DNA of 64,000 bases from the NCBI GenBank assembly GCA_015494465.1, contig WGBD01000002.1, positions 67,683 through 131,682 on the forward strand, in the 5' to 3' direction. Source of the DNA: Candidatus Omnitrophota bacterium. GTDB taxonomy: Bacteria; Omnitrophota; Gorgyraeia; S143-82. The translations under genes were made by a program, and so were the position numbers. A model generated the notes under the pieces. The model saw only the letters and a program-made list of their open reading frames with translations, did no database searches and was not told the DNA's origin. Shown piece after piece: positions 51,245 to 61,027 of the stretch (position 1 is the first letter of the stretch; each line of letters begins with the position of its first letter).

Positions 51245-51266
51245 ATTATGCACATATGTGCATAAT
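51245..51266. promoter_or_regulatory. perfect 22-bp palindrome, putative operator of the DUF134 operon
   Basis: ATTATGCACATATGTGCATAAT between a minus-strand TAAAAT -10 candidate and the SD. Confidence 0.7.
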
Positions 51267-51330
51267 ATTTTAGTACTCATAAGCATAGACATCAAGCAAA
51301 AACCTTCTTCACTGCTCACCCGGGGAGGGG

Positions 51331-51365
51331 AAATAAAACAGATTCTTCCAGAAACATTTATCTCA
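51331..51365. repeat. hairpin repeat, copy 3 (degenerate; contains the usp stop codon)
   Basis: AAATAAAACAGATTCTTCCAGAAACATTTATCTCA shares ACAGATTCTTCCAGAAA (17 nt) with copy 1. Confidence 0.65.
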
Positions 51366-51800
51366 CACTATCAATACCGGGATGGTAAGGTAGTCCAAGA
51401 CCACGCTCAAGAGTTTATGAGGCGGTTGGAGGGCGGTGCGCTTCTTGGTCTCCCGCCCTATGACCACCATGTCTATCTGATACCTACGGGCAAAGTCCAG
51501 GACCACCTTCTCTAGATTGCCCTCTTCTTGTTCCAGAACGATCTTCACCCCTCTATCCTTTGCCCGCTCCTCTATGGCATAGAGGTACTTCCATCCGTCT
51601 TCGCTCAGTTCCACATAGGCCTCACTCTCGCTCTTTCCTAACAACTTCACCATGGCCTTGATGACATCCGGCGGGACGATATTCAAGGCTATTATGCGGG
51701 CAGACAAGGCCCCTGCGAGCTCTATGGCGACATCCCCTGCCCGAAAGGATTCCTCCGAACCCTTTACCAATAGCAATATGTTGTTGATCTTCTCGTCCAT
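51363..51800 (-). CDS. universal stress protein (UspA family)
   Basis: ILLLVKGSEESFRA, IDMVVIG, terminal IPVLIV. Confidence 0.85.
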   Translation of the reverse strand: MDEKINNILLLVKGSEESFRAGDVAIELAGALSARIIALNIVPPDVIKAMVKLLGKSESEAYVELSEDGWKYLYAIEERAKDRGVKIVLEQEEGNLEKVVLDFARRYQIDMVVIGRETKKRTALQPPHKLLSVVLDYLTIPVLIV

Positions 51801-51819
51801 GTTCAATATTCTACCACAG

Positions 51820-52494
51820 CTATTCCAGAAATACCGAGCCAATTCGAACGATGGTTGCCCCCTCCTCCACCGCTATCTCGAAGTCGTTGCTGGTGCCCAT
51901 AGACAACTCGGGAAGGGAAAACTCCTCTGCCAAGGAGCGTAATTGAGAGAAGACCCTGCGCAATAGATTCTCATCAGAGCTATAAGGGGCCATCGTCATC
52001 AAACCCACGCACTCCAGATGGGGACAATCCCTGCGAATGAAGTCTATGGCCTCTGCAAGTTCGCCTCTGGTGCGAAAACCCCACTTGCTGGCCTCTCCGC
52101 TGACATTTACCTCTAGGAGGCACCTCACCTTCAGACCATGCGCCTCCGCCCGCCTCTCTAACGCAGACACCAATCGCAACGAATCAACGGAATGTATCAA
52201 TTGAAAGGGAAGGGAGAGGAATTTATTTATCTTATTGCGTTGGAGGTGGCCTATAAAGTGCCACTCTATATCCAGATCGGCCAACTCGCTTATCTTCTTT
52301 TCTGCAGACTGGATGTGATTCTCGCCAAAACAGCGCAGGCCTATCTCGTAAAGGGTGCGCATAAAGGCGGTATCCATATACTTCGAAGCAACCACCACCT
52401 TCGGGAAATCCGTGCGACCTGCCCTCTCAAGGGCTCGCAAGATGCGACCCCTGACTTCTTCCCACCTCCGGGAAAGCCTCGCTTTCAAATCCAT
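51820..52494 (-). CDS. yggS: PLP homeostasis protein YggS
   Basis: VASKY, FGENHIQ, WHFIGHLQRNK, GLMTM, LSMGTSNDF, VRIGS. Confidence 0.95.
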   Translation of the reverse strand: MDLKARLSRRWEEVRGRILRALERAGRTDFPKVVVASKYMDTAFMRTLYEIGLRCFGENHIQSAEKKISELADLDIEWHFIGHLQRNKINKFLSLPFQLIHSVDSLRLVSALERRAEAHGLKVRCLLEVNVSGEASKWGFRTRGELAEAIDFIRRDCPHLECVGLMTMAPYSSDENLLRRVFSQLRSLAEEFSLPELSMGTSNDFEIAVEEGATIVRIGSVFLE

Positions 52495-52499
52495 AGCCC

Positions 52500-53525
52500 T
52501 TAGGCAACAGGGGGCTGACAAGAGTTTCTTATCACCAACTCGGTGTGAAGATAAACCTTGTGGGGAGTAACATGGGACATGTAAAGGTGTCTACCCTTCT
52601 TATTCTCTATGATCCGATGGAGTTCCTCCACCGCCTCCCGGGCCATCTCCAGTAAGGGCTGTTTTACGGTGGTAAGGGGAACAGGACTCTGGACAGCGGA
52701 AGGGCTGTCATCGAACCCCACTATAGAGACATCCCTGGGGACATTTATTCCGTGCTCCCGCAAGGTGTAGACGACTTCCAAGGCCATCTCGTCGCTGGCC
52801 ACGAATATGGCGGTCGGCCTATCCTTTAACCTCAAGAGTTTCTCGGTAGCCAACCTTGCAGATAACCTGGAGAAGTCCCCTTCTTGTATGTACTCTGGAC
52901 GCACCTCTATCCCTGCCTTCAACAGGGTCTCTTTGTATCCTGTTAACCTATCGCTTGCCGCCTGCGTGCGTAGATCTCCAGTGATGTGGGCGATCTTACG
53001 GTGTCCAAGGGAGATCAGGTATTCCACCGCTTCCCTGGCTCCGCCTCGGTTATCTATTGCAAAGCAGTCGACGGGAATGTCTTCCACGACATTGTTTATT
53101 ACCACCGTCGGGATGCGCCTCTCTACGGTGTGTTTTAAACACTCGTACTGGTAAAGGACATCTGCAAAGATGACTCCACCCGCAGCGATTGGCAGGTCGG
53201 TCCTCTCCCGCGTGGCCACATACAACAACAGGTCAAGACCAAGGGCATCGCAGGCCATACCCACTCCCCGCAATATCTCCACCGCGTAGAAGGAATAGAA
53301 TAATCCCTCGTAATGGGGAATCACCACTGCTATCGTCCTGGTCTTACCACCTGCAAGTCGCTGAGCGCTTATGTTGGGATAGTACTTAAGATCCTTTATC
53401 GCCTGCTCTACCTTTTTCCTGGTCTCAGGTCGGACATTAGGATGATTGTTTATGACTCGGGAAACCGTAGCGGGAGAGACCCCGGCATACTTTGCGACAT
53501 CGAATATGTTTACGGATCCTTTCAT
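52500..53525 (-). CDS. LacI family transcriptional regulator
   Basis: IFDVAKYAGVSPATVSRVIN, YYPNISAQRL, SIVGFDD, LTTVKQP. Confidence 0.95.
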   Translation of the reverse strand: MKGSVNIFDVAKYAGVSPATVSRVINNHPNVRPETRKKVEQAIKDLKYYPNISAQRLAGGKTRTIAVVIPHYEGLFYSFYAVEILRGVGMACDALGLDLLLYVATRERTDLPIAAGGVIFADVLYQYECLKHTVERRIPTVVINNVVEDIPVDCFAIDNRGGAREAVEYLISLGHRKIAHITGDLRTQAASDRLTGYKETLLKAGIEVRPEYIQEGDFSRLSARLATEKLLRLKDRPTAIFVASDEMALEVVYTLREHGINVPRDVSIVGFDDSPSAVQSPVPLTTVKQPLLEMAREAVEELHRIIENKKGRHLYMSHVTPHKVYLHTELVIRNSCQPPVA

Positions 53526-53548
53526 GGTGGGCAACCAGGTTCGATAAT

Positions 53549-56500
53549 CTAATCCGTCAACAACGCATCTCCCTCGGGGTCTATTATAGATGCGGTGACG
53601 AAGATGAGCAAGTTCCTTCTGTTCACCACATCCGACTGCTTGCGGAAGAGATTACCCAAGATCGGCAGGTCTCCCAAGAGCGGGACCTTGGTAAGGGTCT
53701 TATTCCGGGTCTCCTTTATCAGGCCACCCAACACGACGGTATCCGTATTCTCCACTACCACATTGGTACTAAGATTCCTGGAAGTAAATTTCGGTAACTT
53801 AACTCCTCCGGTATATTGGAAGTAGTCCGCCACCGCATCACTGACCTCGGGAAGCAAGCTCAAGGAGATCGTCTTCATGTCTTCTCCCACACTCGGAGTA
53901 ACCCTCAAGATTATCCCCACATCCCGCTTCACGAAATCGGTGGGGACATTCTCGTACCGGGTCTCTCCGGCGTCGTCGTAATCCCCATCACCGTTGAGAT
54001 CAAACTGCACTATCTGGAATTCGTAGCGCGTGGGATAAATCCACTCGTCAACGACTTTTATCGTAGCGGTCTGGTTGTTAAGTGTGGTCACCCGAGGAGA
54101 GGAAAGCGTGCGCGTCTTTTGGCTCTGGCTTAAGGCGTGCAATACCGCCTCAAACTGGGGCTTGGTCAATACGCCTTTATAGGTCAGATTCAATCCCGAA
54201 GAGGCGTTACTAAATTCTGGATAGGAAAATCCACTATCCTTGGCTACACCGTGCTTGAAGTTGCTTCCTCGGGCATCTACCGCCCAGTCCTCGTTGGCGA
54301 TCTTCCAGTGAACACCCAGTTCCTTTAGGTCGTTAACATCTACCTCCAGGAACTTAGCCTCGATAAGGACCTGTACCGGCGTGATGTCCAAATTCCAGAG
54401 TATCTCGTCTATTTTCTTTATGTTTGCTGGGGTATTGGTCACTATGAGGGTACCACTGCGCTCGTCCAGGACGAGTTTGCTCCCCGAAGGCCAATCTACT
54501 GCCTCCTGTATTACATCCTTAAGGCTCTTCACCTCGCTGACCTGGGCGCCACTGCCCAACTCTACACTGCCTGCGGTGGTGTCACTAAACTTGCTGTAGA
54601 GTCCTATCCCCTTGCTGAGCCGATATATCTTCGTCTCCATCGGCTCCTTCTCCAGTTGATCAGGCGTAGTAATCCAAACCGCATCGTCGTCTATCTGATA
54701 GGTAAGATTGTAAGAGCGCAAGAGGTACTTAAGGGCCGACTCCAATGGCATGTCGGCAATGTCTATCGTCACCTTGTAATCCTGAGATAGCACGGATGCG
54801 GATGGGATGATGTTTACACCGGTCTGCTTGGCAAAGAACCTCAAGACATCGATCAAGGAAACATCTTCGAATTTAGCAGTGATCTTCTGTTGGAGTTTCT
54901 TCTTGATAGGCGGAAGATTTATCAAACGGCGTCGCTGAGTCTTCTTCCTCTTTTTGATTTCAACTGGCACGAGGCCATTCTTCATTACCTCCTTCACCAT
55001 CTTCTTGTCCTGCTCTTCTAATTTTTCTTGGAGCTCGCGCTTCTCTTGGGCATACAATTTCTCTTTCAAGGCAAACAGCCGTGTCTTCGCCTTCTCGTCG
55101 TTGGGGAAGAGGAAGAGTATGTTTTCGTAGACCGCTATCGCGGACTTGTACTTACCCGCCTTCTCAAAGGTCTCTGCATCGTCGTACAGTTTCTCTACAA
55201 TCTTGTTCTTTAATTCTTCGGTCTCCTTCTGGCGGTTTAGTTCCTGGATCTCCTTCTCCCTTTCCTTGATGAGATCCAAGTATTCCCGGGCATAGGGCGT
55301 ATAGTAAGAGACCTTCAACTCCTTTTCCTTTGCACACACCTTCTGGAAGAGCTCCCTTGCCTTGAAGTAGTCTCCTTCGTCGTAGGCCTGCTTGGCAGAC
55401 TCGTACAGCTTCCGCACATCCTCAGTGCTTTCCTGAGCAGATACTCTGGCATCTAGTAATTTCTTCTCCCTTTCCAATATGCCCTTGGCCTTTTCCACGA
55501 GCCTTACTGCCTCTTTATTGTCAGGATCTATGTCTACCACCTTCTGGGCCAGCTCTAACACCCGTGAGTAATCTCCCTCGTAAAGGGCCTTCTTGGCCTC
55601 CTCCAACATACCCGAGATGAGCTTCTTCTTCTCCCGGGCATCCTTTGCCACCTTATCGTTGCTGGCCAGCCTTAAGGAACTCAACTTCTTGTCGATCCAC
55701 TCCCTTCGCTTGGCCTTCTCTTTCTCGATCCGCCTGGCCAGGCGCTCCGCCCTCTTCTCCAAGCTGGACAATCTCTTCTTCGCTTTACGAGAAAGCGGGG
55801 AAGAGGAAAGTTTCGCCAATTCCTCCTCCAGGACGGAGAACTTAGACCAGTCCTTCTCTGCAAGTCCTAATAAGTGCTCCAAGGAATCTAGCTTCTTTTC
55901 CTCTTCCTCTTCTTGTTGGGCCTTTGCCAACAACCAAAGCTCCCGATCCAAGGCCTTTTCCAATTGGCTCAACCCCTTACTCATCAACGCAGAGCGAGCA
56001 AAGACCTCCTCTTCTAACCCCTTAAGGGTCCTCTCTCTGGCCCGGGCTATCCTCCTCTCCCTTTCCGCTTTCTCCCTTGCCAGGCGCTCCAACTCCTGGG
56101 CCCGTTTCCTTATGGCTATCCTCTTCCACTTGCGCGCCGGGCGATTATCGGGATCCAACTTAAACACCTCTTTCACCAATCCCAAGGCCCTCTCGTAATC
56201 CCCTCCGTCAACCGCACCTCTTATCGAGGCAATCAATCCCGATATCATCGCCTTCTTCTCTTCTTCCGCCTTTCTCTCCAGCCACTGCTCCAGTTTCCTC
56301 TCTAGCAGTTCCGACTGCCTACGCAGGGTCTCGGCCTTCTCCCTGACCGCCCTTTTCTGGGCCTTTAAGGTCCAATCGTGGAGTCTGGCCAAGCGCCTCA
56401 ATTCTCGCTCTCGGCGACGCTTCTCGCGAATCAACTCCCTCTTCTCCTTTCGCTGAGAGGCAGTCTTCGTTGAACGGGCCACCTTGGTCGCAGAAGGGGT

Positions 56501-59500
56501 CTTTTCACTCCTAGCCTTAACCGCGCGCCTCTCCTCTTTGGGAGGTTGGACCTCCGCCTCCTTGGGTTCCGGCCTTTTGGCCACCTTTTCGGTGGGCCCC
56601 CTCTTCTCCACCTCTTTAGACAAAGATCCCTCCTGGGCAGGGACTCCTTTGGTTTTCTCCTGTCTCTTCTCTATCTCTTCCTGCATCAGGAGGATGAGGT
56701 CCAAGAGGTCCCTTGCGGGCTGATTCGTAGGATCGTACTCTAGGACCTTCTGACAAAGGGCAATGGCCCTGTCGAACCTCTGCTCGTCCATAAGCCTGCG
56801 GGCCTGCAACAGCATGCTGTTTATGTCTGCCTTGATCAAGCGAGCGCTTTGAGTATATCCCAAGCGCTGGTGTCTTACTTCCTGCAGGGCAGAGTAGGCC
56901 TTACGCCTCTTGGCGGCCTCTTCTTCTATCTGACGAAGGAGGCTCTTGCGCCTGAGTATCTCGCTCTGCCACCTGGCCTTTGCCCTACGATAAAGCTCCC
57001 ACAGCTGTCGATTCTTGGAGTCGAGTTTGAGGCCCTCCTTGGCCAACTTCACTGCGCTCTCGTAGTCCCCCGCCTCAAGGGCCTTTATTCCCCTTTCCAG
57101 CTTCAGGTCCGCATAATAAAGGGCCTCCGCCTTCTCGATCTGCCTCAAGAACTCCTTAGCCTGCTCGTTCTTGGGATCTATGTTCTTAAGGATGTCTTTC
57201 ACCACTATCTTCGCGCTCAAGAAGTCACCGCTTTCCAAGTATATCCTCGCGGTCTTGAGGGCCTGCCGGACCTTGAAAAACTTCAATCGCCGGTCCAGTT
57301 CTTCCATTACCTTTCGGACCTCTTTCTTTCTACCAGGAGCTATGGCCTTGGCTAACTCCAATTCCTTCCTAGCGGTCTCGAAATCGTAGACCTTGAGGGC
57401 GCTCCGGGCCAGTTCCAGGTGTTTGTAGAAATCCCGCTCTTTCTCCTTCCTCACCAACTCCTTAAACAGCCTCTTGACCCGGGATTGATACTCTTTAGGA
57501 GCGTTCTTCAAGGCCTCCAAAAGATTGCGAGCGGAGACTAGATCCGCCTCGTCCAGGTAGCGAGATACCATCTTAAGCGCAGTCTCGTAATAATCCTTGC
57601 GGTACGCCTCCTGGGCCGAATCTATGGCTCGATCCAACCTAGGATCCACTCGAAGGCCTTCTGCCCTCTTGCGCACCTCCTTTTCTAGCTGGGACAAGGT
57701 CCATCGATGTATCTGGGACAACCGCCTCTCTTCCTTCTCAACATCCTTTAGTCTGGTGCGAATCTTGTCCACCCAATCCCTAAACCTGGATTCGTTAGGA
57801 AAGTCCTGCCTAGCCTTGGTAGCTATCCTAAGGGCCTCCCGCAGGGAATCTGCGTCTCCCTTCTTCCAAAGCTTCTGGATCCTATCCAGGTAGGGCTTGG
57901 CCAACAAAAAGGATATCTCTCTCCGCAAGCTCAAGAGGTCCTGCTTTTTTTCCGGGTAAGAGCGAATAAGCCGGTCCAGTTCTTCCTTCGCTAGGAGGTA
58001 CTCCTTGTTCTCGATGTACCCATTGACCTTCTCCACAGCCTCAGCGAAGGCCTTCTCTCTCTTGGCCTTCCGCACCCGGGAGAGGTAATCCGCTATCTCT
58101 CTATCCTCGGGATAGAGACGGATAAGACGCACCAACGACTCCTCGGCCTTCTCCAGGTTGCCCTCGTCTATCAACTTCTTTACCTCTGCGAGCTTGCCCT
58201 CTATGTACTCCCGCTGACGCCTCTTGGCTTCCTGCTCTAATCTGGCCATAGACTCTTTGACCCTCTGAGAATAATCCGGTAGGGGAGGGAGGGTCTCCTT
58301 CTCGACCGGTGAGATCTTGGACTCAGATCCTGGAGAGCCCCCTTCCTGGGAGACCGTCTCTTCCTCTTTCGCCTTCAGATCCCTGTCCACCAAGGCCAGT
58401 TTCTTGAGCTCCTTGGCAGGCTTAAAACCAGGATCCAAGGCCAGGACCTTCTCGCAGAGGGAGATCGCCTGATCGTAGTCCCCAGAAAAGTAGGCATCCT
58501 GGGCCTTAAAGAATAGATCCAACCTCTTCCTTTTCTTCTCCTCCTCCAACCTTAGCCTGGCCTCTTCCTCCTTAAGCCTTTGCCTGGCCTCCGCAAGCAA
58601 GACCTCCGCCTGTCGGGCGTACTTTCCCCCCAACTTATCCAGATCTATCACCTGAGAAAGATACGAAATCGCGGATCGGTAATTCCCGCGCCTGAGCTCC
58701 TTCTTGCCCTTGGCCAACAGCCTCTTTATCTTGCGATAATCCACCCTCTTAGAGGGCTCGAGGGTTTTGCTTACATGCCTTGGTTCTCCCTCCGAGGCAG
58801 GTCCCACAGGGCTTCCTTCCTCTACCGCTGGAACGGAAGGTTTATTGGACTCCACCACCCTCTGGACCTCTTTGGCCAAACCACTCTGAGATAGGGTCTC
58901 ACTCTTAAGTCTCTCTTCTATCTGCTTGAGCTCTTCTTCTAAAGATTCCCGCAGTTTCAGCTCCTGGAGTAACTTCTGCCTCAGACGCCTCTCCTCTTCC
59001 GTCAATTCCTCCTCGCGGGTATTCAGATCCAGCACCTTATCCCAGGAGATCTCCTCCCCTGTGCGAGTAGAAAAGGAGACCGCCAACCTTCTCTCCAGTA
59101 AGAAGATCTCCTCGTTTATTCGGGCCAGCTCGGACTGAAGTCGCAACCTCTCCGCAGAGAGCTTATCCACCAGGGCACTTTGGTCCTTTATCCTCTCCTC
59201 TAACTCCCGGACGCGACGCTCTTTCTCCTCCAAGTACTTCTTGAGCAGGGCATCCTCACGGGCCTTTATGTTGGAAAGGGTCTGGAAGTAATCCAAGAGC
59301 TGATTCTGCAGGGCCAAGAGGGCACCTTTCAACTTGGTAGTCAGCAACTGCGGATCCGTTATGCCAAGCTCCTCACTGCTTTTCCCCTCTTCAACGACGG
59401 GAACCTCAACAGGCCGTTCCAACTTTGCCCGGGCCCGTTCTAGGTACCTACGAGCGTATTGATGATTGGGCACATACTTCAACACCTCTTCGAAGAGCCG

Positions 59501-59839
59501 GACTGCCTCTTCGTAATCCCCTCTCAGAAACGCAGACTTTGCCTTGGTGTACAAATCCTCTATCTGGGGAGTGGAAGAGGCCAATGAGGACTTGGCCATA
59601 GCAACCTCTATTTCCGACAGATAGCGCTTGGCCTCGTTATTGTTGGGATTCTCTTTCAAGGCGAGTTCGAATAAGGCCTTTGCCCGTACCAAGTCCCCTC
59701 GGTTAAAGTAGTCCTTGGCTTTAGATAGATACTCCTGCTCCTGAGATGACAACCGGGTCTCGGTGGCCTGTAATCGGTAGGGAAAAGAGACGAAAAGGGC
59801 CGAAAACAAGAGGAGAGGAATTAAGGACCTAATCTTCAC
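53549..59839 (-). CDS. giant secretin (PilQ/GspD-like) with long N-terminal TPR/coiled-coil extension
   Basis: Signal peptide; repeated TPR-like pairs; STN/N0-like FEDVSLIDVLRFFAKQTGVNII; QVLIEAKFLEV, LSSPRVTTLNNQTATI, VVLGGLI, KVPLLGDLPILGNLF. Confidence 0.88.
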   Translation of the reverse strand: MKIRSLIPLLLFSALFVSFPYRLQATETRLSSQEQEYLSKAKDYFNRGDLVRAKALFELALKENPNNNEAKRYLSEIEVAMAKSSLASSTPQIEDLYTKAKSAFLRGDYEEAVRLFEEVLKYVPNHQYARRYLERARAKLERPVEVPVVEEGKSSEELGITDPQLLTTKLKGALLALQNQLLDYFQTLSNIKAREDALLKKYLEEKERRVRELEERIKDQSALVDKLSAERLRLQSELARINEEIFLLERRLAVSFSTRTGEEISWDKVLDLNTREEELTEEERRLRQKLLQELKLRESLEEELKQIEERLKSETLSQSGLAKEVQRVVESNKPSVPAVEEGSPVGPASEGEPRHVSKTLEPSKRVDYRKIKRLLAKGKKELRRGNYRSAISYLSQVIDLDKLGGKYARQAEVLLAEARQRLKEEEARLRLEEEKKRKRLDLFFKAQDAYFSGDYDQAISLCEKVLALDPGFKPAKELKKLALVDRDLKAKEEETVSQEGGSPGSESKISPVEKETLPPLPDYSQRVKESMARLEQEAKRRQREYIEGKLAEVKKLIDEGNLEKAEESLVRLIRLYPEDREIADYLSRVRKAKREKAFAEAVEKVNGYIENKEYLLAKEELDRLIRSYPEKKQDLLSLRREISFLLAKPYLDRIQKLWKKGDADSLREALRIATKARQDFPNESRFRDWVDKIRTRLKDVEKEERRLSQIHRWTLSQLEKEVRKRAEGLRVDPRLDRAIDSAQEAYRKDYYETALKMVSRYLDEADLVSARNLLEALKNAPKEYQSRVKRLFKELVRKEKERDFYKHLELARSALKVYDFETARKELELAKAIAPGRKKEVRKVMEELDRRLKFFKVRQALKTARIYLESGDFLSAKIVVKDILKNIDPKNEQAKEFLRQIEKAEALYYADLKLERGIKALEAGDYESAVKLAKEGLKLDSKNRQLWELYRRAKARWQSEILRRKSLLRQIEEEAAKRRKAYSALQEVRHQRLGYTQSARLIKADINSMLLQARRLMDEQRFDRAIALCQKVLEYDPTNQPARDLLDLILLMQEEIEKRQEKTKGVPAQEGSLSKEVEKRGPTEKVAKRPEPKEAEVQPPKEERRAVKARSEKTPSATKVARSTKTASQRKEKRELIREKRRRERELRRLARLHDWTLKAQKRAVREKAETLRRQSELLERKLEQWLERKAEEEKKAMISGLIASIRGAVDGGDYERALGLVKEVFKLDPDNRPARKWKRIAIRKRAQELERLAREKAERERRIARARERTLKGLEEEVFARSALMSKGLSQLEKALDRELWLLAKAQQEEEEEKKLDSLEHLLGLAEKDWSKFSVLEEELAKLSSSPLSRKAKKRLSSLEKRAERLARRIEKEKAKRREWIDKKLSSLRLASNDKVAKDAREKKKLISGMLEEAKKALYEGDYSRVLELAQKVVDIDPDNKEAVRLVEKAKGILEREKKLLDARVSAQESTEDVRKLYESAKQAYDEGDYFKARELFQKVCAKEKELKVSYYTPYAREYLDLIKEREKEIQELNRQKETEELKNKIVEKLYDDAETFEKAGKYKSAIAVYENILFLFPNDEKAKTRLFALKEKLYAQEKRELQEKLEEQDKKMVKEVMKNGLVPVEIKKRKKTQRRRLINLPPIKKKLQQKITAKFEDVSLIDVLRFFAKQTGVNIIPSASVLSQDYKVTIDIADMPLESALKYLLRSYNLTYQIDDDAVWITTPDQLEKEPMETKIYRLSKGIGLYSKFSDTTAGSVELGSGAQVSEVKSLKDVIQEAVDWPSGSKLVLDERSGTLIVTNTPANIKKIDEILWNLDITPVQVLIEAKFLEVDVNDLKELGVHWKIANEDWAVDARGSNFKHGVAKDSGFSYPEFSNASSGLNLTYKGVLTKPQFEAVLHALSQSQKTRTLSSPRVTTLNNQTATIKVVDEWIYPTRYEFQIVQFDLNGDGDYDDAGETRYENVPTDFVKRDVGIILRVTPSVGEDMKTISLSLLPEVSDAVADYFQYTGGVKLPKFTSRNLSTNVVVENTDTVVLGGLIKETRNKTLTKVPLLGDLPILGNLFRKQSDVVNRRNLLIFVTASIIDPEGDALLTD

Positions 59840-60314
59840 CTAAACCCCCCGCTTTTTTTAATGTAATTAAAGACAGTCCCCCTTTTTTAGATAATACAAC
59901 CGCATCTTCCGTGATGTCAAGGAGCTTATATCCCCCGATAAATTCCCCTAATTTCAGAAAGTGATCCTTTTTATCTTCACTGGAGTATATGATGGCTATC
60001 TTTTCCTCACCCCAAATCATCATCCCTTTATAAGAGAACGGCAGGGATGCCTGTTTGTGCACCTGCTTCACCTCCTCGTCTACGGCCATTGAGACATTTA
60101 CCTCCAGAGCTGGTGGGAAAAACGGTTCCCTTTTGGGAAGCCGGAACAACGCCTCGTCTAGACGGGGCAGGGAATACTCGCCGGGTTCATAGGCGCAGTT
60201 GAACTCCACCTGGGGTAGGGGCAGACGAGCAGAGTGCCACACCAAGATCCCCAATCCCAAAACGATCAAGAACTCTACCAAGAATAAACTATTGATCAAT
60301 GTCCGGGACTGCAT
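59829..60314 (-). CDS. PilP/GspC-like periplasmic accessory protein
   Basis: N-terminal TM, REPFFP, YKGMMIWG..AII, LKLGEFIGGYKLLDITEDAVVL; directly upstream of the secretin. Confidence 0.6.
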   Translation of the reverse strand: MQSRTLINSLFLVEFLIVLGLGILVWHSARLPLPQVEFNCAYEPGEYSLPRLDEALFRLPKREPFFPPALEVNVSMAVDEEVKQVHKQASLPFSYKGMMIWGEEKIAIIYSSEDKKDHFLKLGEFIGGYKLLDITEDAVVLSKKGGLSLITLKKAGGLGED

Positions 60315-61023
60315 TTCCTCTTTCTCCCCCTTGTCCCCCACCAAGATCGTAATAAGGTAAAAACCGCATCTTTACCAACAGCAACCGGGCCTCCTCGTCT
60401 TGGGAAGTAATATCTTCGGAATCGATTGGGAAGACAGGATCCTTAAGAAGCTCTTTGTAGACATCCATCAGGGCCGCCATCGGCAAAACCATATCCAATT
60501 CCAAGGGATAGCGATCCTCACTCGACAGGCCCATCCGCACATTGGAAAGGTAGCCACCTCCTGCGTACAAAGCTGGTAAGATCCTTTCCATGAGTTTTAA
60601 GTGGTAAAAGAGGTAAACTATGTCTTGATTTTCCGGCAGTTGATCTGGGAATCCCAGGTTTTCGGGAATAGGTTGACCGGGATACCTTCCTTTTACGCCC
60701 TTCTCCAAGTCCTTTACCTTCTCCATAAGGGTTAGGGCAGGAGACTGATACCCCTCAATCTCCTTTTTTAATCTCTGAAGGACACCTACCCTGCGCTTAC
60801 ACTGCTCTATGGCAGAGCCTAGCTGGCGGAGATCCGCACGCATCCTAGAGGTAATGTCCTGGGGCGCACAGCCCCGAAGCTCTTCCTTTATCTGGTATAC
60901 CTCAGTAAGGAGCCTGGAGAAAGCTTCCCGTTTCTGGGTATAAAAAAACCACTCCAGACCAACCAACAAGATCAACGAGGCCAAGACTGCGTGCAATGGC
61001 CAGAAAACCCGAGTATTCACCAC
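60289..61023 (-). CDS. PilO/GspM-like bitopic membrane protein
   Basis: TM plus coiled coil plus small alpha/beta domain; position in the operon. Confidence 0.45.
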   Translation of the reverse strand: MVNTRVFWPLHAVLASLILLVGLEWFFYTQKREAFSRLLTEVYQIKEELRGCAPQDITSRMRADLRQLGSAIEQCKRRVGVLQRLKKEIEGYQSPALTLMEKVKDLEKGVKGRYPGQPIPENLGFPDQLPENQDIVYLFYHLKLMERILPALYAGGGYLSNVRMGLSSEDRYPLELDMVLPMAALMDVYKELLKDPVFPIDSEDITSQDEEARLLLVKMRFLPYYDLGGGQGGERGNAVPDIDQ

Positions 61024-61027
61024 CAGC

